DNA from: Bacillota bacterium
GTDB taxonomy: Bacteria; Bacillota; Clostridia; Saccharofermentanales; DTU023
Length of the DNA: 64,000 nt
Direction: 5' to 3'
NCBI GenBank assembly: GCA_023389255.1
Contig: JAEWER010000019.1
Location: forward strand, 106,661 to 170,660
The number at the start of each line of letters is the position of its first letter. Within the stretch, counting starts at the first letter, position 1. The notes under the pieces are model-generated. The model saw nothing but the letters and a program-made list of their open reading frames with translations. It was not told the origin of the DNA and searched no databases. Positions 26,750 through 37,767 of this stretch are shown here, in pieces. Made by a program: the position numbers and the translations under genes.

Positions 26750-27895
26750 ATGAGAATATTACACGCAGCAGATTTACATTTAGGCATTAAGTATAGTCAG
26801 CTACCTAGAAATGTTGCGCAAACCATGCGCCATGCCAGCATTAGTGTTTTGCAAAACCTAGTGCAACTGGCTAACGAGAATCAAGCGATTTTGCTCCTGG
26901 CAGGCGATACATTTGAGGCGCAAGCAATTACTGAAGCAGAATTGGCGCAAGCAACAAGTATCTTAGAACAGTGTGAAATGCCAATTGTTGCGGTAGCAGG
27001 TAATCACGATCCGTACTATCCGCAATCACTGTATGAACGATTCGTGGATCTCCCTAACTTTCATTTGTTGGGAGTTGATAGCATGCGCCTAGATTTACCC
27101 CAATACGATCTAACCATCTACGGGCAGAGCTTTAAGCAAATTCATGTGTTTTCTAGCTTAATGCCTGAAGTTGTAGAAAAAATCAATGCGGATAGGATGG
27201 GAGATGAAAAGCCACTTACCAATAATGTTCTCCTGATGCATGGTGATATTTATCAAAAGCAAAATACGAGTGTTTATAATCCGATGGCGCTTGATACCTT
27301 AATGGAATTGCCTGTTGCCTATGTTGCCTTAGGTCATATCCATAAGCCAGAAAATTTTAAGCTAGGTGTTTTTTCGGCTACGGAAAAATGCTGTTATGCA
27401 GGTGCACCTATAGGTCATTCATTTAAAAATATTGGTCCTAAACGTTGTTTGTTGGTTGAGCTAGAAGAGAACCGTATTATCAAGCAAGAAGCAATAAGTT
27501 TAGATATACCACGCTTCGAAGAACAGCGCATTGTGTTGCAAAGTGCCCACACTCTCGCACAGAGCGAAGAAATTCTTAAGTTTCTGCAGACAGATGAAAA
27601 TTACAAGCGTAATCTTTATCGCCTCTATCTTAAAGGTGAAACTGAATTTGAGCCAGATTTATCTGCAATCAAGTTACAGCTACCGTGTTATGTAGAACTA
27701 TTTGATCGGACAGTAAGACCTTTAGCAGAGCAGGATACGGATAGTGTAAAAGGACTTTTCGCACATGCTATTGCGCAAAAAAAATCTAGGCCAGATTTGA
27801 CCAGTGAAGAACAAGAGATTATAGATTTAGCGTATAGCTTAGGGTTAGAAATACTGAAAGGTGAATTAGACATCTTAGATAGGTGGAGTCATTAG
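26750..27895 (+). CDS. SbcD/Mre11-like metallophosphoesterase exonuclease subunit (YhaO-type)
   Basis: MRILHAADLHLG, AGDTFE, GNHD and GHIH calcineurin-like motifs. Followed 3 nt later by the SMC-like ATPase. Confidence 0.85.
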   Translation: MRILHAADLHLGIKYSQLPRNVAQTMRHASISVLQNLVQLANENQAILLLAGDTFEAQAITEAELAQATSILEQCEMPIVAVAGNHDPYYPQSLYERFVDLPNFHLLGVDSMRLDLPQYDLTIYGQSFKQIHVFSSLMPEVVEKINADRMGDEKPLTNNVLLMHGDIYQKQNTSVYNPMALDTLMELPVAYVALGHIHKPENFKLGVFSATEKCCYAGAPIGHSFKNIGPKRCLLVELEENRIIKQEAISLDIPRFEEQRIVLQSAHTLAQSEEILKFLQTDENYKRNLYRLYLKGETEFEPDLSAIKLQLPCYVELFDRTVRPLAEQDTDSVKGLFAHAIAQKKSRPDLTSEEQEIIDLAYSLGLEILKGELDILDRWSH

Positions 27896-27898
27896 ACG

Positions 27899-30598
27899 AT
27901 GCGACTACAGAAAATCGAGATAAGTCAATTTGGTAAATTGCAAAACCTAAATTTAGTATTATCACCAGAGGGTAACATTATTTTTGGTGGGAATGAAAGT
28001 GGCAAAAGCACCCTAGTTGCTTTTATTGTTGCCTGTCTATATGGCTTGCCTAAAAGGAATGACCGTAGTATCAGTAAAAGTGATAGAAGTCGTTACCGTC
28101 CCTGGCAAGCCCATGGAATTATGGGCGGAGCTTTAGAGTTTGAGCAACAAAATAAGCACTATCGTTTAGAAGCTCAATTTGGAGCTACCCCTGCACAAGA
28201 TAAAATCAGATTAATAGATAGAGATACCAATGAAGCGATTGGCTTGGAAGGCAAGCAAACAGTAGCTGAATACTTACTAGGTATGTCGCAAGTAACTTTT
28301 GAGCGTGCAAATTTGGTGCGTCAACTTCAGGTACAAATAGCAAATGATAACAAAAAAGAAAACAGCGAAGTATTGACTGCCCTGGGAAACTTAGCTGCGG
28401 TTGGTGAAAGCGATGTCTCTGAAGAGGCAATTCAGATGAGCTTAAAAGAAAACCTAAATCAGCTGTCTAGCCCACGCAGACAAAATGCCATAATCCCTGG
28501 GTTAAGCAAACAAATTGCTAGTAAGAAAGAAGAATACTTGCAAGCTGAAACAAATGAACAAGTAGCCAACAGCAGACAACAAGAATTATTGAGTTTAGAA
28601 GCAGAACTTAAAGAGTTAGATCAAACAGTGAAAGCCTTAGGCGAATACAAAGCACAACTTATTCATTGTAAAGAGCTAAACCAAGTGAATAAGCTAGCTG
28701 AAGCGATTAGCGAAAAACAAAGAGAGTACGTGAAACAAAAAGAAGCTTTGGCTCAATTAGATAACCTATTGCCAAGCCAAGAGCTAGACAAGTTTAGAAA
28801 TACGAACAATAGTTTGTGTTTAATTGTCACACAGTTAGATAACGATTTAGCTAAAGAAACCACTTTATTCTCACAGTTACAGCACTACAAAGCAGAAACT
28901 AGGGAACTAGAGAACCAGTTAGCGAAAAAAGAAAGCGTAGCAGATTTAGCAACAGAGCTAACAACAAGGAATAACGATCTAAAACATCAGCAGGAAAACA
29001 AATATCGTATAGAACAGGCCAAGGAACGATTATTTAGCCAAAAAGAAGAGCTGTTAATTAAGAAGCAGGAACTACAGGCTCAGGTTACCAAGACCGAAGC
29101 TAAGCCAAAAGGAAAGCAGAAAATTCTGCTAGCTTTAATACCGATTGTGCTGGGACTTGGACTAATTGGTGTAAGTAGGTTCTTATTTTCCAGTTTATTA
29201 GTAGATTCTGTGTACATTTGGCTAGGAACAGCAGTAGGCTTAATTATTAGTTTTTGCGGTCTTGGCTTAGGGTTGCTGGGTTTAAGAAAACAGACAAATA
29301 GTGAAAGACTAAAAGAGCAGGTGCTTAAAGAAGCACTCAGGCAAAATGAACAGCAGATGCTAACGAATAATCAAGCTATTGCAGATAATAAAGTAAAGTT
29401 GAAGCAACTAGAGAGTGAATTAGAGAGAAGCAGAGAGAAATTAGAGAATTTGCGCTCAGGTTATGAAAAAGTGCAATTACTCACACAGAAAGAACAACTG
29501 CTGGTGCAGGAATTAAAAAGCAAACAAGGCGAATATCAAGAGTTAGTCCAATATATAAAGAGCAATTTAGAGCATTTAGCTAGTCACGTACAAAGCATAA
29601 CCGTCTTTATAAAGGACAGAAGCGAACTCGATAGAAACAAGCTAGGTATAAAACTAGTCACTGAGCTAGAGCAAGAAGCTGAAGAAATTCAGCAGTTAAC
29701 AAAGTTGGCAGAAGGGCAGCAGATCAGGACAACGCAGATCAACTCTTGTTTGAATAAGCTCGCAAGCTCAAGCCAAAGTTTTGACGAGTTATTGCAAGAT
29801 TTCAGTAAACAAAGATTTGAACTAGAAGCTAGTGTTCAGCAAACAACGGAATCTTTGCAATTACTAGGCGAGCAGTTAAATGAATTGCAAACAGAAGATG
29901 CTCATATATCTGATGAGTTAAAAAAGTTGAGCAAAGTAGAACTAGAGCAGCGCCTAGCTGAAATTACAGCAGAACTAGCAGACAATAAAGCACATCTGCA
30001 AGAAAAAGAATTAGAGTTTGCTGAAGAAAGCACACGCTTTGCAGAGCGTTATCAAGGGAAGAAAACACCAGTAGAGATAGCTCGTGAGATCGATGACTTA
30101 GAGTTAAAACTAAAAGAAGCAACACGCTATCAGCGAGCGCTAGAATTGGCGCAAGCAACTTTTACAGAAGTTTTTGCAGAAATTCAAAGTCGTTTTGCGC
30201 CTGAATTGCAACAGCAAGCATCAGCTTATCTTACGCAGATGACACAAGGTAAGTACGCCCGAGTTTTGGTAGATAAAACGCTTGCCCTACAAATCCGTGA
30301 AACAGGATCTGCACAAACATACAGTAGTGATTATTTATCGGGTGGAGCAAATGACCAAATCTACTTGGCATTACGCTTAGCGCTATGCGATCAGCTGGAC
30401 GGGGCTAAGGAGGCACCACTAATTTTAGACGATATATTTGTGCAATACGATGACAGAAGGCTCAAGGAGGCATTGCAACTACTAGCCCCAAGAGAGCAAC
30501 AAATTTTATTGTTTACTTGTCAAAAACATGTGGTAGACCAGGCCGAAAAGGATGTACCACGACTACAAATACTTGAATTGCCTAACAATAAAATTTAG
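27899..30598 (+). CDS. SbcC/Rad50-like AAA ATPase (YhaN-type) with a TM hairpin in the middle of the coiled coil
   Basis: Walker A GGNESGKST, signature/Q-loop region LSGGANDQIYLALRLAL and Walker B PLILDDIF. Long heptad-rich arms. The hydrophobic pair ILLALIPIVLGLGLIGV...WLGTAVGLIISFCGLGLGLLGL sits at about aa 408-462 of 899. Confidence 0.85.
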   Translation: MRLQKIEISQFGKLQNLNLVLSPEGNIIFGGNESGKSTLVAFIVACLYGLPKRNDRSISKSDRSRYRPWQAHGIMGGALEFEQQNKHYRLEAQFGATPAQDKIRLIDRDTNEAIGLEGKQTVAEYLLGMSQVTFERANLVRQLQVQIANDNKKENSEVLTALGNLAAVGESDVSEEAIQMSLKENLNQLSSPRRQNAIIPGLSKQIASKKEEYLQAETNEQVANSRQQELLSLEAELKELDQTVKALGEYKAQLIHCKELNQVNKLAEAISEKQREYVKQKEALAQLDNLLPSQELDKFRNTNNSLCLIVTQLDNDLAKETTLFSQLQHYKAETRELENQLAKKESVADLATELTTRNNDLKHQQENKYRIEQAKERLFSQKEELLIKKQELQAQVTKTEAKPKGKQKILLALIPIVLGLGLIGVSRFLFSSLLVDSVYIWLGTAVGLIISFCGLGLGLLGLRKQTNSERLKEQVLKEALRQNEQQMLTNNQAIADNKVKLKQLESELERSREKLENLRSGYEKVQLLTQKEQLLVQELKSKQGEYQELVQYIKSNLEHLASHVQSITVFIKDRSELDRNKLGIKLVTELEQEAEEIQQLTKLAEGQQIRTTQINSCLNKLASSSQSFDELLQDFSKQRFELEASVQQTTESLQLLGEQLNELQTEDAHISDELKKLSKVELEQRLAEITAELADNKAHLQEKELEFAEESTRFAERYQGKKTPVEIAREIDDLELKLKEATRYQRALELAQATFTEVFAEIQSRFAPELQQQASAYLTQMTQGKYARVLVDKTLALQIRETGSAQTYSSDYLSGGANDQIYLALRLALCDQLDGAKEAPLILDDIFVQYDDRRLKEALQLLAPREQQILLFTCQKHVVDQAEKDVPRLQILELPNNKI

Positions 30599-30739
30599 TT
30601 TTTCTTTACCTAAGCACAGATTTAAGCAACTAGACTAACAGTAACTTGTATTTACAAGTTGGCTAGTTTTGGCTATCTTTAGAGAACTTTAGCAAATAGT
30701 AGAAGAGAAGAAAGAGAAGAGAGGAAGACAGGGGGAGTT

Positions 30740-31537
30740 ATGCTAGAAAGCTTACAATATTTTTTTCGTAGCGTTCCAGATCAACCACGCCCAATGCCAC
30801 CCTTGGTGCACATTGCTTTATTAGTTATTTGGTTAGTAGTAGTTTTCTTATTAATTGAGCGTGGTCATCAATTGGCGGAAAGACCTCGTCTAGCAGATCG
30901 TTTGCTGAAGGTTATGGCAAGCGTGTTATTGCTAGACTTTGTGCTTATGAATGGCTGGATGATCTTCAGTCATATCTTCAATGCGCAGGAAAATCTATCG
31001 CTCTTCCATTGCCGGATGGCAACCATCTTGTTGATAATAAGTATTTTCTTTAAGCGCAAGAAGATTATTATTCCCGGAATGTGGTGGGGTCTAATGGGAT
31101 CAGTTGCTACTTTAATCGTGGCGGAGACCTATCCCTACAATTTCCCACACTACTCTAATTTTAATTTTGTGATCATGCATTTCTTGATCGGTTGGATCAG
31201 CGTTTACATGGTAGCAGTTAAGGGTTATCGTTATCCGACGAAAGACTTGTTCTTTATGCTTAAAGTGACTAACCTTTATAATCTATTTTTGTTGATGTTC
31301 AACCTGACAATGCATTCGTTTGGTTTAACACAAACAAATTATGGTTACATCAACGAGCCACCATTGCCTTTAGCGATGCTCTATAAATCACTGGGACCGA
31401 TTGGCTACATTTTATTTAGCCTTATGATCTACAACGTAATCATGTTATTGACTTGGATTTTAGGTCGTTTTGTACTGGTTCCTTTAGTGAGTAAGCGACA
31501 AGCTAAAATTGAACGTGCAACTGTTCGTGGCTGGTAA
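30740..31537 (+). CDS. Integral membrane protein, YwaF/TIGR02206-like
   Basis: About 7 TM helices. The motifs LSLFHCRMATILL and TNYGYINEPP resemble the family's L-P-L-H-L-C and N-Y-x-(Y/F) signatures. Called by eye only. Confidence 0.5.
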   Translation: MLESLQYFFRSVPDQPRPMPPLVHIALLVIWLVVVFLLIERGHQLAERPRLADRLLKVMASVLLLDFVLMNGWMIFSHIFNAQENLSLFHCRMATILLIISIFFKRKKIIIPGMWWGLMGSVATLIVAETYPYNFPHYSNFNFVIMHFLIGWISVYMVAVKGYRYPTKDLFFMLKVTNLYNLFLLMFNLTMHSFGLTQTNYGYINEPPLPLAMLYKSLGPIGYILFSLMIYNVIMLLTWILGRFVLVPLVSKRQAKIERATVRGW

Positions 31538-31558
31538 ATCTAAATGAAGGAGTAACTT

Positions 31559-32284
31559 ATGTCTGATACAACTTGTAGCAGCCATAATAGAGCGCTGGCA
31601 TTATGCCAGCGTTTAATTCGTAAAATTAAAGAGTGCCCCTTAGATATAGTTGTTTTTTGTTTGTTTTTGTTGGCGGCACCCATTATGGAATTGCTCAACC
31701 GTCCTTTTGGATATGAGCCTTATAACTTGCATTGCTGGATCGATGACAAGATTCCTTTTATCAAGGAGTTCATCTTTGTCTATCACTCGTGGTTTCCTCT
31801 TTTATTGCTCTGTGGTTTGTATTTTTACAGCCACAATCGTAGGTTGGCACGCCACTATTTCTTGGCTATGTTTACAGCACAACTGCAAGCATGCATTATT
31901 TTCCCGCTTTATCAAACTTATGTTCCTAGATATGATGTGGGACGGCTAGGTAATGATTTAGCATCAACTCTGGTTAAGGCAACGTATATTATCGATAATC
32001 ATCACTGCGGTGCACCCTCGATACACGTTACTTTGTGCACGATTTTGATCATCATGTTGTTGCGTTTTAAGCCACTTAACAATTGGGTGCGCTGGTTTTT
32101 AATTGTCTATGTCTTTGCAATTGCTCTCAGCACCTTATTTGTTAAACAACATGTCTTTTGGGATTTTCCGACCGGTATGCTAAATGGCATTGTGGGTTAC
32201 TTTGTCGGCTTAGGTTTATATAAGCTGTGGCAGAGTATTTTGCAAAGATACTATCACAAACGAAATTTGCCAGTACCCAACTAA
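31559..32284 (+). CDS. Integral membrane protein, possibly PAP2-superfamily (PAP2_C / sphingomyelin-synthase-like)
   Basis: Six hydrophobic helices. GAPSIHV and KQHVFWDFPTG loosely resemble the S-x-H and H-x3-D motifs of PAP2 enzymes. Confidence 0.35.
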   Translation: MSDTTCSSHNRALALCQRLIRKIKECPLDIVVFCLFLLAAPIMELLNRPFGYEPYNLHCWIDDKIPFIKEFIFVYHSWFPLLLLCGLYFYSHNRRLARHYFLAMFTAQLQACIIFPLYQTYVPRYDVGRLGNDLASTLVKATYIIDNHHCGAPSIHVTLCTILIIMLLRFKPLNNWVRWFLIVYVFAIALSTLFVKQHVFWDFPTGMLNGIVGYFVGLGLYKLWQSILQRYYHKRNLPVPN

Positions 32285-32310
32285 CAACTAGTTTGCTAAT
32301 AACACAAAAC

Positions 32311-32340
32311 AAAAGCCGAGCAATCTTGCTCGGCTTTTGT
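32311..32340. terminator. Bidirectional intrinsic terminator between convergent genes
   Basis: AAAAGCCGAGCA-ATCT-TGCTCGGCTTTT. Confidence 0.85.
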
Positions 32341-32362
32341 CGTTACGGAGTAGGTAATAACG

Positions 32363-33262
32363 TTAATCTTCTGCAAAAACACCCATTAAAGCAATACCAA
32401 TAATGGCAAGAGTAATTGCAATATAGTGTTTAACCGATAGTTTTTCTTTGAGAATAATACGGCTCCAGATTACAGAAGCTACACAGTAGGCTGAGATGAT
32501 GGGGGGAGCTTCCACAGGATTTGCTGCAATCGCGTAAATATAACAGACCTGACCTATGGTTTCGAAAGCACCACCAGTTACTTTGGCGATATCAGTTTTC
32601 CAAGTAAAATCAGCTTTTTTGAAAATGATTAAATAGAGTAAAACTAGAATGCCAACAATGAAGAAAGTCATTTCGTAGGCTGTGTTAGCTACATCTTCAT
32701 CTAGTTTCTGTAAGACGATAGTGTCGCCGAAAGTTCCGAGTGCATCAAGTATGCAGTAAAGAATGGGCAGAAGTAAGGCGAGCCAGCTCTTAGTGTAGCG
32801 ATGGTTAGATGATAATTGGCGCTCGATGCGCTTTTGTGGGTCCTCTACATATTCGGCATAACCTAGTCCTAGTACACCCAATAACACAAACACCAAAGCC
32901 ACAATTGCTCCTGGTTCTAACTTTTCACCCATCAATAGATAGATCAAAAGCACCATACCACCAGAAGTGTTACAAATTGGTGATGAGATGGAAAGTTCGA
33001 TGTATTTAAGGGCGATATAGCCCATCAACATGGATGAGATATAGAGCAAAGAAACAGGCAGGTATTGCCAAACAACCTGTAAATTAAACTCCACTTGGTT
33101 GACAAAGATTGAATACATCGCATGACAACCAAAGACAAAACCGACTGCAACTACCATTTTTAGTGACGCTTTTCTTTCGGTAGAGCTTTGACAGCCGATT
33201 TTAGACATCAGATCAGAGCCACTCCAAAAGAGCAGAGTGATCAAAGCTAAAATAAACCACAT
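32363..33262 (-). CDS. DMT-superfamily (EamA-type) transporter
   Basis: About 10 TM helices in two 5-TM halves; 299 aa. Confidence 0.7.
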   Translation of the reverse strand: MWFILALITLLFWSGSDLMSKIGCQSSTERKASLKMVVAVGFVFGCHAMYSIFVNQVEFNLQVVWQYLPVSLLYISSMLMGYIALKYIELSISSPICNTSGGMVLLIYLLMGEKLEPGAIVALVFVLLGVLGLGYAEYVEDPQKRIERQLSSNHRYTKSWLALLLPILYCILDALGTFGDTIVLQKLDEDVANTAYEMTFFIVGILVLLYLIIFKKADFTWKTDIAKVTGGAFETIGQVCYIYAIAANPVEAPPIISAYCVASVIWSRIILKEKLSVKHYIAITLAIIGIALMGVFAED

Positions 33263-33291
33263 AAGTCCCTCTTCAATAAGTGAGTTTGCGA

Positions 33292-34791
33292 CTACTCCTC
33301 AATTGTGCTGGCTGCCCAGATACTAGTTTCGCTAAGTGAGGGATGAATAACTACCGCATCACTTAAAGCTTCAGCATAATGAGCTCGCAACTGGCGTGGA
33401 GCTAGTTTGCGTTCTTGCACAGTTCTTCTTGTCGCAATTTCAGAATTATATATAGGAGAAGTTGATTGTGCAATATATAGTAAATTTATATATGGCTGAA
33501 TCAAGTCGGTGGCATTAGGCCCAGCAATATGAACACCTAGTAGTTGATCATCTTCACTCAATAACACTTTCGTAAAGAGATTTTCAGAATGATCAATACC
33601 TAAGGCGTAACCTTTAGCTGAATCTGCGAAGTCAAAGCGACCTACTTTATACGCAATATTTTTAGACTGTAGTTCTTCTTCGGTCATGCCTACGCAGGCT
33701 AATTGTGGATCAGAAAAAACACCGCTAGGCATAAAATCGTAGCGTACTTGGCGACGACGCTCTTTTGCCTCAGGCGAAAACAGATTAAACGCTAATACTT
33801 CTGCTTCGTAGTTAGCCTTGTGTCGAAGCTGTTGCTGTCCAACCAAATCTCCCAGTGCATAGACATTGGGTACACTCGTCTCTAAGTATTCATTGGTTAG
33901 AACATAGTTGCGCTCATCTGTTTTGATGGTAGTTTTATCTAATTGCAGAAGATCAGCATTTGAAACAACACCAGGAGCTATCAGTAAAGCTTCGGAAGTT
34001 AAGGTTTGTTTGTTTTTAGTGCTTTTGTCTTCGATCGTTAGGTGGATACCCAAATTATCTTGTTCGACTTGTAAGCTGTTTTGATTTAAGAAGCAATTGA
34101 TGCCGCGATCCTCGAAATGTTTTAGTAGGGTTGCCGACAATTCATGATCTAGCTTTGGCACTAAGCGAACATTACGCTGTACGATGTTAACCTTTGTTCC
34201 ATAGTTGGCAAAGAGGTGCGCAAACTCGGTAGCGATTACCCCGCCACCAATAATGGTTAAAGACTGATAAGGCTTTTTAGGGAATGACTTTTGAAAGAAG
34301 GTCTCGCTTGTTAGGTAGGTAACTTTATCTAACCCCTTAATTGGCGGTATATTGGTGCGTGAACCACCTGCTAGCACGATGATGTCTGCAGTTATTTTTT
34401 CGCTGGTACTACCATCTTTTTGCTTTACCTGTAATACCTTATCTTCTACAAAGTAACCTGTGCCTTGGTAGACATCTAAATTAGCTTCTGCCTTATATTC
34501 TGCTAGGATATCTTGATTTTCCTTAGTCTTCGCAAACAATCTATCTTTTAGGTTTGACCAATCAACCTCTAATTCCCCTTTCAAGATACCTAAATTCCGT
34601 AATCTTGCGACTTCGCGCATGAGATCTGCAGGGGTGATGAGGATCTTGCTGGGAATGCATCCACGATTTAAGCAGGTACCACCGAAATCACCTTTTTCAA
34701 TTTGAGCGCAGGATAATCCTTGTTCCAATGCTTGATCTAAAACTATGTTACCAGCGCCTGTCCCGATGATTAGAAAATCATAGTGTTTCAT
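33292..34791 (-). CDS. Class I pyridine nucleotide-disulfide oxidoreductase (dihydrolipoyl dehydrogenase / mycothione-reductase-like)
   Basis: FAD motif DFLIIGTGAGN, redox-active disulfide GGTCLNRGCIPSK, NAD(P) motif IIGGGVIATE and dimerisation-domain HPSLSE. Confidence 0.85.
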   Translation of the reverse strand: MKHYDFLIIGTGAGNIVLDQALEQGLSCAQIEKGDFGGTCLNRGCIPSKILITPADLMREVARLRNLGILKGELEVDWSNLKDRLFAKTKENQDILAEYKAEANLDVYQGTGYFVEDKVLQVKQKDGSTSEKITADIIVLAGGSRTNIPPIKGLDKVTYLTSETFFQKSFPKKPYQSLTIIGGGVIATEFAHLFANYGTKVNIVQRNVRLVPKLDHELSATLLKHFEDRGINCFLNQNSLQVEQDNLGIHLTIEDKSTKNKQTLTSEALLIAPGVVSNADLLQLDKTTIKTDERNYVLTNEYLETSVPNVYALGDLVGQQQLRHKANYEAEVLAFNLFSPEAKERRRQVRYDFMPSGVFSDPQLACVGMTEEELQSKNIAYKVGRFDFADSAKGYALGIDHSENLFTKVLLSEDDQLLGVHIAGPNATDLIQPYINLLYIAQSTSPIYNSEIATRRTVQERKLAPRQLRAHYAEALSDAVVIHPSLSETSIWAASTIEE

Positions 34792-34929
34792 AACAACTCC
34801 TTGCCGTAGTGCTTAATTATTAGTTTGCCCTTGAATGTGTATAATAAATATGTCTGTGCTTATTTTAGCTTTAGCGATACAAACAGCTAAAAAATAAGCG
34901 CACAAGTCACGAAACAATAACTTGAATAG

Positions 34930-36273
<1,344 letters not shown>

Positions 36274-36295
36274 GGGCAAATTTAATTGCAGACTA

Positions 36296-36335
36296 AAGGG
36301 GATTTGCCAAAAACGGCAAGTCCCTTTCTGTTTTC
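36296..36335 (+). terminator. Intrinsic terminator after eno
   Basis: AAGGGGATTTGCC-AAAAAC-GGCAAGTCCCTT followed by TCTGTTTT. It lies inside the track's TTG-extended start of the next ORF. Confidence 0.7.
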
Positions 36336-36345
36336 AAGATTTTTG

Positions 36346-37722
36346 ATGGATAGGCAACAAAAACAAAAAATACATCGTGAATTTTGGCACTACACTTGGC
36401 TTAATGCGCTGGGTATGTTTGGCTTTTCTTGCTATATTTTGGCGGACACCTATTTTATTGCTAAAGGTGCTGGTGTACAGGGTTTAACAGCGCTCAATTT
36501 AGTTTTGCCAGTTTATTATTTGTTTTATGGTATTGCTCAGCTTTTGACTAACGGTGCAACCATTCGTTATGCCATTGCCCTAGGCAGAGGAGATACAAAA
36601 CAAGGTTCGCAATATTTTACGTTAGCACTCAGTTGTGTGTTCTTAATTGGTAGTATCTTTAGCTTGATAGGCATATTCTTTTCTCCCTTGCTAGTTGCAA
36701 CTCTAGGTGGAAGAGAGATTGTTTTAGAGCAGGGTAGCGTATATTTGCGAACTCTCCTAATAGCCACACCAGCTTTTATGTTAAACACTTTGTGTCAGGG
36801 ATTTTTACGCAACGATAAGGCGCCTAAACTAGCTATGGCAAGCTTGCTTATCAGCAGTTTAATGAATATTTTGCTTGACTATATCTTTGTTATGATTTGG
36901 GCGAAAGGAATGTTTGGTGCGGCACTTGCTACAGCATTTTCGCCTGTGATTTCGTTGATGGTGATGGCACCATTTTTCCTCTACAAGCGAAACAACTTCC
37001 ATTTTGACTTTACCTATCTGCGAAAGCCGAACAGAGCTAAAGCAACTCAATTAAAGCTTATTTGCGTTACTGGCATTCCAGCATTTGTTGTAGAGATGGC
37101 TAGTTGTGTGGTTATGCTAGTGTTTAACTATTTGTTGCTAGGTTTAGGTGGTAGTTTGGCAGTAGCAGCCTATGGGGTGGTGAATAATTTTGCCATAGTT
37201 GTGGTAGCAATTCTCAATGGAGTGGCGCAAGGAGTTCAACCTCTGCTGGGAAATGCTCATGGTTCTAAGGATCTTTTGAGGTTAAAAATTTTATTTAGAG
37301 ATGCGCTTTTGGTTGCGATACTGTTTGGGGCGCTGGTATGTGCTGTAGTTTTTTTGTTTACAGAAGAATTGGTTTCGTTGTTTAACAGCGATAATAACTC
37401 GGAATTAAAACGACTTGCTATTCCGGCGATGCGTATTTATTTTGTGGGAATTTTGTTTGCAGGAGCCAATATAATTTTTGCGCAATACTTTGCCTCAACA
37501 GAACATAATTTCAAGGCACAAATGGTAACTCTACTTAGAGCGGCGATTATCTTAGTGCCTTGCGCCGTTTTACTCAGCTCATTTTTTGGTATTGCGGGTA
37601 TCTGGTTCAGCGTTTTGAGTACAGAAGTGGCAGTCTTAATTGTAGCTACTTGGTTGTATAGAAAAGATCAGCATATTAAGTATTTACGATATAGCCAGCT
37701 TTCAGGTCATGATTTAGAATAA
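36346..37722 (+). CDS. MATE-family efflux transporter
   Basis: 12 TM helices with a MATE-like N-terminus. I chose the ATG at 36346 because the eno terminator overlaps the track start at 36286. The RBS is weak. Confidence 0.8.
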   Translation: MDRQQKQKIHREFWHYTWLNALGMFGFSCYILADTYFIAKGAGVQGLTALNLVLPVYYLFYGIAQLLTNGATIRYAIALGRGDTKQGSQYFTLALSCVFLIGSIFSLIGIFFSPLLVATLGGREIVLEQGSVYLRTLLIATPAFMLNTLCQGFLRNDKAPKLAMASLLISSLMNILLDYIFVMIWAKGMFGAALATAFSPVISLMVMAPFFLYKRNNFHFDFTYLRKPNRAKATQLKLICVTGIPAFVVEMASCVVMLVFNYLLLGLGGSLAVAAYGVVNNFAIVVVAILNGVAQGVQPLLGNAHGSKDLLRLKILFRDALLVAILFGALVCAVVFLFTEELVSLFNSDNNSELKRLAIPAMRIYFVGILFAGANIIFAQYFASTEHNFKAQMVTLLRAAIILVPCAVLLSSFFGIAGIWFSVLSTEVAVLIVATWLYRKDQHIKYLRYSQLSGHDLE

Positions 37723-37767
37723 AGTAGTTAGTAATAGATAAAGACAAGTCAGTTACTAGGAGGACAT

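Noticed and set aside
26750-30598. The SbcD/SbcC-like pair as a candidate anti-phage defence module (Lamassu/Gabija/Wadjet-style SMC nuclease).
   Set aside because: The architecture (Mre11-like phosphoesterase plus a roughly 900-aa Rad50-like ATPase with a central TM hairpin) matches the conserved YhaO/YhaN housekeeping pair of Firmicutes. There are no accessory effector genes and no island context.
31650-31949. 99-aa same-strand ORF nested in the PAP2-like membrane protein gene; similarly 8543..8731 inside the FUSC-like gene.
   Set aside because: These are alternative frames of longer ORFs with coherent TM-helix patterns, and they have no RBS.
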